Origin: Trichosphaerium sp. ATCC 40318
Taxonomy: Eukaryota; Protista; Tubulinea
NCBI GenBank assembly: GCA_038496445.1
Contig: JALMLS010000332.1
Location: forward strand, 62,001 to 126,000
DNA length: 64,000 nt
Reading direction: 5' to 3'
Shown: positions 12,044-22,443 of the stretch, piece after piece
Layout of the letters: the number at the start of each line of letters is the position of its first letter
Numbering within the stretch: the first letter of the stretch is position 1
Position numbers and translations under genes: made by a program
The notes under the pieces: model-generated
Databases searched by the model: none
Told to the model about the DNA's origin: nothing
What the model saw: only the letters and a program-made list of their open reading frames with translations

Positions 12044-13246
12044 ATGATTTTGACGCGTGTTGCTTCAGCTTCTCGCAGTTTAGCCGCTACAAAACGTATT
12101 TAGGATAATTACTAGTGAGAAATTATTTAAAATAGCATAGGAGTACGCAAAGGGTATGCTACAGTACCTACAGTACCTTTGACAGTATGTCTCGACTTGG
12201 ATGAATGTTTGCTCTGTTGTAGAGACGTACGCCTAAGAATATGCCTTGAAGTCTCTAAACGCCTACAGTATAAATCGAGGGAACTAATGCTGACCGACGA
12301 CATGGAACTACCAGCAAAAATTATTAAACAGCTGAATACAACCAAACTACAAAACGTTGGCGATTTACGCGGTTTGAACGAAACTCAGTGGAAAAAACAT
12401 GTAGGAGACCTTTTTTCGCCCCTAGAAGTCCACAACATGATTCCAGAGCCATCTCCAATAGATCTAAGCGTCAAATCAACTGACGGAGAGATGTATCATC
12501 TCAGAACTCGCCCTCACATGGAAGAGTTCTTTGAGGAGCTTAGAAAACTTAATAACGTTGATGTGGTTCTTTACACATCTTCCCTGGCCATTTACAGCGA
12601 CCCTGTAACGGATAAAATTGCTCCTAAGCTATGGAAAGAAAAATTGTTCCGTGAAGTCGTTCAGAAGTATGGAACAAAGAATTTAGAAGCTGTTGGAACA
12701 CCTCTAGAGCGTACACTATTAGTAGATAATGATTTGAACTACTTAACAGCACAACCAGAAGTACGAGCGCCATTTCTTCTTTTTTTTTTTTTGATTGAAA
12801 TTGAAAAAGAAATACTATTTTACAAGATTGCTACAGCGCTTTTGCGCCTGTATCCCTAGTGTTTGTACATTTAAAATATGTGGTGTTCAGTGACATTCAG
12901 AGCGAGGTCCTTAATCATTGTTAGAAGACGTCAAGATGGCTTTTTTTTTCTTCTTTTTTTTTGGTCATTTTTTTGCGCATTTTGTTTTTTCTCGGTTTTC
13001 TTATTTATCTTTCTTTTCTTTTAGAATGGTATTAAAGTAACTGACTACTGGGGTTTTCAAACACAAAAAGAAGAAGACACAGAGCTTCTTAGAGTATTAG
13101 ATATTATCAAACAAGTGTCATCAGAACAAGATATTCGCAAACCTCTGTCAAACCTAACATCTGAGTGGGCTAAAGAACGTGCTTCAGATCCTAAGCATTT
13201 TGCTTTGGAATGTTACACTGAAAACGCTTCAATGGAGAGTGAGTAG
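12044..13246 (+). CDS. NIF/FCP1-family HAD phosphatase-like protein with a putative mitochondrial presequence
   Basis: Spliced N-terminus MILTRVASASRSLAATKRVRKGYAT. Motifs VCLDLDECL, RPHMEEFF, VVLYTSS..YSDPV, KNLEAVG..LERTLLVDN, then QPE|NGIKVTDY...DTELL. Introns at about 12096-12140 and 12761-13024. Confidence 0.85.
12821..12940 (+). ncRNA. Candidate intronic H/ACA-like snoRNA in the long NIF-phosphatase intron
   Basis: Lower stem tacaag/tttgta, upper stem tacagcgc/gcgc-ctgta, and ACA 14 nt from the top of the pocket. A second hairpin (12881-12933) is followed by AGA. Confidence 0.4.
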
Positions 13247-13516
13247 GCTTTTTAATTACCACACAATAATAAAAAAAATTCTGTCAAACTGCAAAGTTTT
13301 TTTTTGTATCTTTTACATAAATTTGAGCTTACAGCTCTCGACAATTTATCGCATGTTGTACATACAGATTTTTTTATAATGTGGGCATGTATGGGATAAA
13401 TGTTGGAAGGTAAAGTTACCTAGGTATTTGCACAGCGAAGACTTTTTTTGAAACGTACATTCAAAGAATTACTCTATAAAATTTCCTTGTTCAAAACATC
13501 TCTAAACGCACCTACA

Positions 13517-14612
13517 ATGGACCTACAAATTTTACCTCATGATGTACTTCACGAAATCGCTTTGTTTCTACCTGTTGTAGATATTCTAAGCTTTAGCTGT
13601 ACAAGTACCTCTCTTAGGCTTTGTATTAGACATAAACCACTATGTACAAACTAAACAGCTAAACAATGTAAAAAATAAGCTTCTAACTCTTTGATAAAAA
13701 GGGTTGTCTGTGTTCCAACGCTTTAGAACAGCGATAAGCTCTATTGAACCTGAATTTAAAAGGCTTCCATTGCTCTATCTGACAGAAAAATGTCGCCAAG
13801 AGGCATTACTAAAAAAGGTATAAGTTCATTCAAAGTGAAACGTTGTTTTTGACTTTCGTGGCTTTTACAGATTGCTGGAGTCTACTCTTCAGAACCTGAA
13901 CCGGAAAAAGGATCTTTTGTTATGTATATAGGAAGTGCTAGTGCGGATTCGCTGATCCCGATGGGTCATGGAATGATTACAGCAGTTCCTGATAATGTAA
14001 GTTGCTTTTTCTCACTTAGTACATAATTTTAGTTTTCCTTTTTCTTACACGTGTTCTCTAGGATTGGTATGATGTTGATAGTTATAAACCCTTTAATGAA
14101 GGATCGTTTATAGTTATGCCTTTTTCATGTGTTAAGCAATTGATGACTCCTGAAGAAAAGAGAAGAGAGCGTAATAAGAAAAAACATAAAAAAAGGCAAC
14201 GTAAAAAAATAGTACAAGCGACTCCACAAGATGAATCAATAACAAGACACCAATGTATACAAAAAAAATATGCTTTGGATATTATCGTACAAAAAGGGTC
14301 CTTAAATATCAATGAAAAGACATGGGTAAGCGCGTTCATCAAGAAGAACGGCAACCGACTTAAACTTTTTTTTGCTAGGGTGTCCTTACAATTTTTGGAA
14401 AAAAAGTAACCTTCACGTGGAACAAACACGTTTTCCAAAGAAGGTGGTTGAGCGTAGATTCTTTTAAATCCGAATACACGAATAATCTAAAAGAACCACG
14501 TCCAAGTAACAGACAAGTATTCAAACCAACTGGAAAAGCACATAAAAAATTGAGAAAGGCTTGGGGAGATGACTCTAAACTATACAGAATGCAAAACCAC
14601 AGCCTTTTGTAA
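13517..14612 (+). CDS. F-box protein, multi-exon; C-terminal part unrecognised
   Basis: MDLQILPHDVLHEIALFLPVVDILSFSCT is a canonical F-box. Later exons include a basic EEKRRERNKKKHKKRQRKK tract. The last exon ends MQNHSLL* at 14612. Confidence 0.7.
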
Positions 14613-14819
14613 TACTGAAATAAAGTACTTGCTGCCCAGACTTACGTTTCATATTGATTCTCAAAGAACTTACGAAGACCGCGCAAAAAAAAGTCAAAAA
14701 ATACAGAAAAAGAGAACTCCTCTCGATTGTCTCTTGGAAGTCTCTACTTACAAGTAGGTATGTACAATGCGTTTATTTCAGTTGCTTAACAATATGGCAT
14801 CATGCAAGCTCATATGATC

Positions 14820-15343
14820 TTAATGATTAGTTGTTTTTCTTAGCATCTTCATTGCCTTTATTTTTATCGTGTTGTCGAGAAACATTTTCTCCAAACCCGG
14901 AATTGCGCAAACTTTTGGAGGAGGAACAACGAAAGCTCTATGTGTTGGTGATAGAAGTTTCATGCCTGGTTTACGTTCATCTACTACATGATTACACTCC
15001 CTGACTTGCAGATTCCTGATTACCATATACCTTACAACCTAAAGGAGATGAGAAACAAGCATCCACTGCAGAAAAAGGCAAAGAAAAGCCATGTCGATAT
15101 CAATGAAAATCAATCTTTTATTCTATCTAAAACAAAGCGTACGTCAAGTTGTATTCTGGGAGCAACGAAGTTATGTAAGATTGGGAATAATCCAATGAAC
15201 TTAGGGAGGTTTTTTTCTGTCACGTTGTCGAGTGGAATTTTTGAAAGTTTCTTCATTACTGGGCTTGCGAGAAACACTGCTTTCGTTCCATTAGACATGG
15301 CGTTGTTGTTTGTATTGTTAGAAGTAGCTGGTTGATGGTTCAT
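14820..15343 (-). CDS. Hypothetical protein, probably 2 exons
   Basis: ATG at 15343 (MNHQPATSNNTNNNAM...), a GTACGC donor near 15143, and an open downstream exon ending at 14820. Confidence 0.5.
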
Positions 15344-15486
15344 TCTTGGTAGGAGTTGTTGTTATGCTTGTTTGAGTGCTAAAAAAATGACTCCGTTTTT
15401 GGAAGTTGTTGATTGATTTTTGGTTGAAAATGCGAGAAATACCATAGAAGTGCTTGTAGAGCGAAAGTGTTAATGTGTTAGGTATT

Positions 15487-15570
15487 AAAACTTTACCCTC
15501 AGAGTGATAGTATGCAACTCAAGGTGGCTCGGGACTATCAATCTACAATCACTCAGAGTCAAAAGCTTTT
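15487..15570. repeat. Imperfect inverted repeat with arms of about 26 bp
   Basis: 15487-15512 aaaactttaccctcagagtgatagta versus the reverse complement of 15544-15570, aaaagcttttgactctgagtgattgta. Confidence 0.6.
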
Positions 15571-15578
15571 ACTCATCT

Positions 15579-15937
15579 TTGAAAGTACGTTCAATGATAC
15601 GTTACTACAAGACACAGAGGTAACGTCAAGTCTACAGTTAGCTCGTCGCTAATTAATAAGTCGTCTGCATTAAGGAATTTCAACTTGTAAAAATTTCTGG
15701 GTCAAAGAATGGACCTTGGTATACGACAGTTTTGGGCTTTTTTTTTACGTTTTTTTACGCTCAATACTTTTCACTCGTAAATCGTAAATCTCTGAAACAC
15801 ATTATTGCTACGCGCAACTTTTTACGAGTCGAAATTCCTCTTTATTGAAAGTACGTTCACTGATACGCTACTACAATACACGGAGGTAACGTCAAGTCTA
15901 CAGTTACCTCATGGCTAATCAGTAAGTCGCTTACATT
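15579..15937. repeat. Pair of imperfect direct repeats of about 93 bp (15579-15671 and 15845-15937)
   Basis: Both copies read ttgaaagtacgttca.tgatacg.tactacaa.acac.gaggtaacgtcaagtctacagtta.ctc.t.gctaat...taagtcg...catt, with an ungapped offset of 266 bp. Confidence 0.92.
15673..15839. mobile_element. MITE-like non-coding element with terminal inverted repeats
   Basis: Left end aggaatttcaacttgtaaaaa versus reverse-complemented right end aggaatttcgactcgtaaaaa (19/21 match). Several internal tttacg/cgtaaa motifs. No clear TSD. Confidence 0.6.
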
Positions 15938-16027
15938 GGCAATTACTGAAAGTAATGCTCACTTAACGTTTGTTTTGTTGAATCACATAAGGCTCAAACT
16001 TACAATATTTTATCAACGCAACACCAC

Positions 16028-16267
16028 ATGTCTACAACGTTTAACTTTAATAAATATGCAGAAGACCCAAGAAACCAGCTAGATAGTTCAAAATCAAATG
16101 ATAACACATACGAGAACTTCGGCCATAAGAAGGGAGATAAGAAGCATAAAAAACACAAAAAGCAGGGTTTTTGCTCTAAAGCAGGGGAATATTGTAGTGA
16201 TTATTTCCACGCTGTATCAGATCACTCTGTACACTCGTTTCACCGGAGGGATAAACATCACGCATGA
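16028..16267 (+). CDS. Small intronless His/Lys-rich protein (79 aa)
   Basis: ATG follows an A/C-rich leader like other genes here. Codon usage is ordinary and an A/T-tract 3' UTR follows. Confidence 0.6.
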   Translation: MSTTFNFNKYAEDPRNQLDSSKSNDNTYENFGHKKGDKKHKKHKKQGFCSKAGEYCSDYFHAVSDHSVHSFHRRDKHHA

Positions 16268-16529
16268 AAAAACCAACAGAAATTCAATCAACCTTTTTTT
16301 CTTTTTTTTTGATGTTGCCACGCTTCGGGCACGTGATTTAAGAATATACGAGGCGTGATGTTAACAAATTACTGTAAAATAATAAAATAATAATACGATA
16401 CCAAGTACTAGTTCGTATATTGAAGTTTTGACCACGTGATAACGCGATCGCACGTTCTCTCACGAAGTAACGGAAAAAGTTGAGCCTAAAAAAGGTTGGT
16501 GTTTTTGCGTTCCACATTGTTAACTTTAC

Positions 16530-16745
16530 AAGACCATGACTTCCCAGATAGGGTTTTCAGCTGAGAAATAGTGTAGGAGCACTGGAAGATAAAGCTCCGT
16601 TTAGTTTTTGATGTTAACACAACTTTTATCCGCAGTCACCACATCAAATATCTAGATGGAGTTCACCCTGCGCTCTTCCTTTGGGCTCGCTTCGTTTGCC
16701 CTGGTGTTCTCTTAGCAGGCAGTTGTCAAAATGTTGACAACACAA
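16530..16745 (+). ncRNA. Candidate structured non-coding RNA, family unidentified
   Basis: Nested helices with G-U pairs that only work on the + strand: 16577-16586/16701-16710, 16593-16604/16651-16662 and 16607-16614/16641-16648. Terminal hairpin gttgtcaa..ttgacaac. No ORF. Confidence 0.45.
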
Positions 16746-16978
16746 AATTGTGTTGCCAGTGTGGTTGTACTTTTACGTTCTAAAAATACACGTATATTCT
16801 AAAGGCAACCCAAAATATAAAGTACAAAGCAAAGAGCTTGTGTTTTTTTATTGTTATGTATACTTGACTGCTATCCGACAATCGCCAGATTGATGAAATG
16901 CGCTATGGTTGACCAACTACGTGACTAGGAGGCCATTTATCTTTTGTATTTGTTTGGCTTTCTTGTTATGATATTTGT

Positions 16979-19900
16979 TTATTTCTCAAAGCGCCATGTA
17001 AAACTCCAGTCACTCCCAATGACCTTGTTAAGACACTTTAAGCTCAATGTTAATACTTTTGTATGTTCATTGTAGTTAACGTATTCGTCAGGTAGAGGCT
17101 CATTTGAGTTGACAAAACTGGCTGTTACCCTTCCTTCACCAGTAACGCCCATAATTTCAATGGTACCTAAAATGAAAAAAAATGAGAATCCAAGAAAAAA
17201 AACCCACCAAAGCAAGGAATTCAAAAATTCTTACCGACAACTTGTTCAGGATTATATTGGGATTTACCAAATACTGAGAATTTTCCTGAACGACCATTTT
17301 CAGATAGAGAAACACTTGTTTTTCTGTAAATTCTTTCATTTTCTGGAACATCATTTGTTTCTCCATCGTCCCAATAAAAAGCGCCTGAAGCATAACCCTG
17401 AGAAGAAATACAATTAGATATAAGATTAATAACATATAGACAAGTATGAGATACTCACATGTTCATCCGGAGCAACTAAGAAGCCAAATGGAAGCTTTCT
17501 CAAGTCAGCAGTTGTAAGACCATATCCATCATGTGTTGGGATGATTGATCCTCCTTTGATCTAATAATCACGTTAATTATAATTTACACTATCACTTAAC
17601 AATATTGAAAGCATACATGTAATGGCATAAAGTCCACAGGTGCGTTCAGAACCTTAGTCTCTCCAAAAGCATTGAACAACTCTTTTGTATAAAAATCATA
17701 CCAAAGAGCACGTGGAAAGTAACCTTTGACAGTAGTTTGCCCTGGAAACAGGTAGTGAGTAAAAACACCTAAGAGGAGTGATAATTATCTCTTGTTCTAT
17801 ACATACCACCTTCCAACACTGGTGTTGCAAGGATCGCATCACCAACAAGGAATTGAAGATCAATATCGAAAGTTTTATTGTCTGCAGGGAATTCAAAGCT
17901 AAGAGGAGTCCATACCATACCACCATCTCTGCTAGCCTCAAAGAGGCGTAGATAATAGTAAGGAAGCAATTGATCTTAATTAGTGAAGGTCATCACAATG
18001 TAGAAATTATACAGAAAATATTAGATGAAAAGTTAAAAAATAAAAAGAGGATACACTTGATGGCAATGTATTTACGAGCAATCGCTGCCACGCTATCCCA
18101 TCTGTATGGTTCTTGACTCGTTGATGTGTTACCATTATGATTTCTGGAGAACGGATACAAAGAACCAAGTTGAGTCCACCTTAACAAACCTGGTTAGCAC
18201 TGCTTTTTAAATCATGGAGAACTATTGAAAAAAAAACGAACCTGCCACAGAGTTCTTCAGTAGCATTCAAGAACAGACCACAAATATCGGCACCAACGTG
18301 AGTAATACCAAATATTTGCATACTAAGGGTTCCAGAGATAGAATATCTCATTGATTCCCACTAGATATAGAAAACGTTAAGGCACGTGTTCATTTAACGA
18401 AAAAAAAACATACGCTAGAGTAGTTATCACCAAGCCAATGGGATACCTTAGATCCTGAGCCAGGGAATGTAGATCTAGTAAGCACAAAGCTACGCTTACT
18501 TTTGGCACTTATCAATGCACTACTGGTTGCGAAAGACTCAAGAATACCATAAAGATTATGTACATCATATTCAAACAAAGATGTGTTGCCTAGGACAGTT
18601 GTTAGATGATTCTTTGGCATTTCGTATCGTGTTACTACATACCAAAAGTATGTATGGCGTCCATAGAGATACCATGCGTATTCAAAGGAGCCTTGCGGCC
18701 AAAGCTGTTAATGGCATAAGGTGGGTTGTTAGGATCAAATCCATCCTTGTAAACTATTGTTCCTTCAGGTTCAGTAACACAGCTACCGTCACAGAAATTT
18801 GCAAGTTCATTCATATCTATCCAAATTCCTAAACACGTGGTTAAAGGTGAGACAAAAATTTAAAAAAACAAGAAAAATCAACAAGAAAATAAAATTCGTA
18901 CCATCAATTGGCACCTCTTCTACAAACTTTGTTATGTACTTTGTCCAATATTCATTAGCACTTTCATGAACGAAACTAGGAAATCCAGTCTAAAAAAATC
19001 AACAACAAAACATTCATTAAACAAAAGCTATACGTACTGTGCCAGGCCATACTCTACCAATAAATGGTCCAGTTCCAGCCTTATTCTTAATAAATATATC
19101 CAAAGCAAGACCATCATCCCAAGGACCATATCTACCAACAACATTAGAACCAATCTTCTTTACTTTTCGAACACAAGGACATACCCTGGCTTATTAGGTA
19201 TACCAGGATCTACAATGACAACGTATTTTTGATTATCCGCGTGCAAGTTATTAGCAAACGCTTTGACTTGGTCTATAGGGAAACGTTCTGGATCCCAAGT
19301 AAAGTCCATAAAATCAGTCATGTAACTAAAGAATTAGCCATACAAAGCTAAGAAAAAACAAAAACACGCACTCAATATCAGACCATACAGTTTCCTAAAA
19401 GATTTAAGTTTAGTAAATACAATCGTCACGTGATAGGAGCGTACTAATGGTATATTCTCCGCTGTGTAGTTAGCTACCATTTCTTTTAATTTACCCAAAT
19501 CATGATATCCCCAGCGACTTTGACTCCATCTGCAAAACCAGTTAAACAAATACATTTCTTAGAATATTGTGTACCCTAATGACCAATACCTTTAAAAAAA
19601 ATTAACTAACGTAATGATAGAATCGTTGACTTACGGTGGTAAATATGGCTTTCCAATGAGATTTTGATATTGCTTAACAACATCTTTGGGTCCAGGACCA
19701 GTGAAGATATAAAAGTCTAGTACCCTGAATGTTTTAGTAAAAGAATAAAAGTACCGACTTACCCTCCAATTACTTTATATGTTACTCTCTTCTCAGAAAG
19801 AATAACATCCATACCGTACGGATTGAGCAGAAACTACACCATATTAGGTAAAATACACATAGTACAGAGCTACATACAACACCATAAGCTGAACCATTCT

Positions 19901-20978
19901 GAAGCAAGTTCACAAAAACAGGATGAGATCCGTATAAATTCTAAGACTATTAACATAAGGTGTGGAGGCCATGTATCGTACTTGATGTGGTGGTGTACCA
20001 CTTGAATCAACGTTAAAGAGAGTACGATTTACAGGTACAGGTAATCTGAACTTTTCCGCCCATTCACCTAAGCTAGTAAGCGAAATCACGGTTGTGGCAT
20101 AAAGTCCCTACCTAAACCATAAATATTTGAGTTTTGCTTAGGTAGTGCTGTAGATATCTCCAAGTATTGATTCTCAAATATAAGAGAACGTTCACCACTT
20201 AAAGGAGCAGAATCAAACAGTGTTTCACCATCAGAAACTTAATAAAAGAACTGTGTTAGCTCACGAAAGCAAACTCCATTTATGGGTTTTTTTTCGTACC
20301 TCTAACAACCTTGATGTGGAATGGCTCCTCTTTTATAAAATAGACATAATCAGCTTGCTTTGGGCTTGGTGGTTTCTTAGATCTTGGTATAAGATACTCT
20401 GGCACTTCAAAGCGCTTTGATTGCGCATCAGATAGCTTGAAGTGAAAGCGCGTTTCTAGTAGTAGCACGTCAGGCAATTGCAACGGAAAATCATGTGAAA
20501 AATCAAGTGGAAAATTAATATACCAGTTTCCAAAGAAAGTTCCAGTTTTAAACGTGTAATTGGAGAGCTGTATACTTTGCATGCAGTGCCAATAAGGTCT
20601 TGAGTAAAAAATTAGAGATAGTCCGCCAATTTTATGCAAACTTGTTTAGATGTGACAAGCGTTCTTGGTATACGCGTGTTGTACTCGAGAAAAAGCACAA
20701 ACGGAAAAATCCGCCTTTCAAGTTACGGAAGTGTAGAAACCAACGAATCTAATACACAACGCGAAACAAGCGTATTACAACACCCGTGAGTTGACAAAAT
20801 TTAATTTCGTACCAAGATAACCTACTACGCCTGAAGATGAAGTATTGTAACTAGAGAGTTTGTAATAGCACTATTTTCAGGTTAAATAACGTAAGAATTC
20901 AACAAAACTCACTCCTTGCTGTGCGACACATGTCACTACAAAAAAAAGCACCACTATTAAGTGCTCAAGCAGTCCCAT
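16979..20978 (-). CDS. Glycoside hydrolase family 31 alpha-glucosidase (lysosomal/secreted); many short introns
   Basis: Signal peptide MGLLEHLIVVLFFVVTCVAQ. Motifs QSRWGY, DFTWDPERFP, DGIWIDMNELANF (nucleophile), YDVHNLYG, RSTFPGSG...HWLGDN, VGADICG, RWTQLGSLYPFSRNHN and QFLVGDAILATPVLE. Confidence 0.95.
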
Positions 20979-21134
20979 GGTCCTCTAGCGAAATTCTTGA
21001 TTTAGTGGCTTGCAAAAAACTTAGCAAGCAAGCTAAAGTCAAGCGGGTTCCTTTGTCGAGTCAGCGCCAACTGCCACTGACACAGTGAAATACAAATAAC
21101 GATCACCATGGACATGATATGGACACCAGCTATC

Positions 21135-22095
21135 ATGCATAATTTTTCCAACCGCATAAACGCGGTTGTAACATACGCATCCATGATAATATTTATCTTA
21201 ATTGGATTTAATATGATTACGGGACTCAACTCACTCGAAGAACCTACAGTTGACCTCAAATTGAATAGTGTAGATAGATTGTACGCTTTCGAACGCTTTT
21301 TACGCCATTTTGACTAATTGGCATCAGAATACAAAACAGACGCACAGGTGATGATGTGGCATTTGTTACTTTCGATCTAAACGCCGGTACGAGCAATAAC
21401 ATTTCATTGCTACTGAATAAAAACTTTTGGTTTTTTACAAAAAATTGTAGACCTCCGCCCAGCATGGACTTGGAACACTAAATTGTTTTTTGTATACGTG
21501 AGCGTAGAGTATGTAACTGATAACAACGTACGGCTTCGATTCTAAAGCTACACCAGACCCTAAAAAAGAGTGATTCTGTACAAGCATACACTCATTACTT
21601 TCGTTAGGTTGTAAATCAACGCGTCATTTGGGATAAGTTGATAAGAACAAAAGAAGACGCTCTATTGAACTTGACTAATCAAAGATATAAATACAACTTT
21701 GAAGACCAAGGAAATGGCCTTATGTACGTCTAGCCACATATACTATAATTTTTTAGCTTCATTTTATTATGACGCGTTGCCTTACCACTATTGAGCGATC
21801 ACTTAAAAAAATGATGGTTAATAATTTTAATCGAAAAGTATTTTACGCTAATATGATTATGTCTCTTTTGATTATATTTTTAGTGGTAATAAAAATGTCA
21901 CACTGACATTAAACTGGAATTACCTTCCATTATCTGGTATCTTATTTAGAGAGAACAGAGGTACTGACAAGTTCAGTTTTTTTCAAAAAGTCTAAAAAAA
22001 AAAGTTGAATAATTTTGTTTTCGCCTTTTACTGTATTGCTAAACTACGTAATAGGTCAACATAAAATGGCGTTCCCAGATGCTTACACATCATAA
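21135..22095 (+). CDS. SPCS3: Signal peptidase complex subunit 3 (SPC22/23)
   Basis: Spliced product MHNFSNRINAVVTYA...FDLNADLRPAWTWNTKLFFVYVSVEY...NQRVIWDKLI...KYNFEDQGNGL..NVTLTLNWNYLPLSGIL...FPDAYTS*. Confidence 0.93.
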
Positions 22096-22443
22096 TCTTG
22101 ACACATTTTTTGTAACAATCCGATTTTCTAATGAGTGGAAATGTGACAATAAATTTACGATCTAAAGTGTATTATTTACTTTGATCATAAGCATTTTGAG
22201 GCACTACGCGCGTAAAGAGCTCACTTGAAGATGTAGCTTCCTTTTTCGGAATTATGACAAAAATTGTTTCCGTGCAGTGTATACCCTTTCTAACAGTATT
22301 TTGGGAAGGAAATAGCGAAACAATACATAAATGGCTTAACGGAAAAGATACAAAACAAAACCACACCAAATAAACACCTCACCTATATCATTAAACGCTC
22401 CTTGCCACACACATAACACCTATAACAAGGAGACGTAAATACA

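Noticed and set aside
15580-15935. TRIM/LTR interpretation of the direct repeats (TG...CA ends)
   Set aside because: No primer-binding site, polypurine tract or TSD, and the interior has TIRs instead.
16530-16560. U3 snoRNA-like 5' end (AAGACCATGACTT)
   Set aside because: Box A (GGATCA) and boxes B, C and D were not found. Kept only as an unidentified structured RNA.
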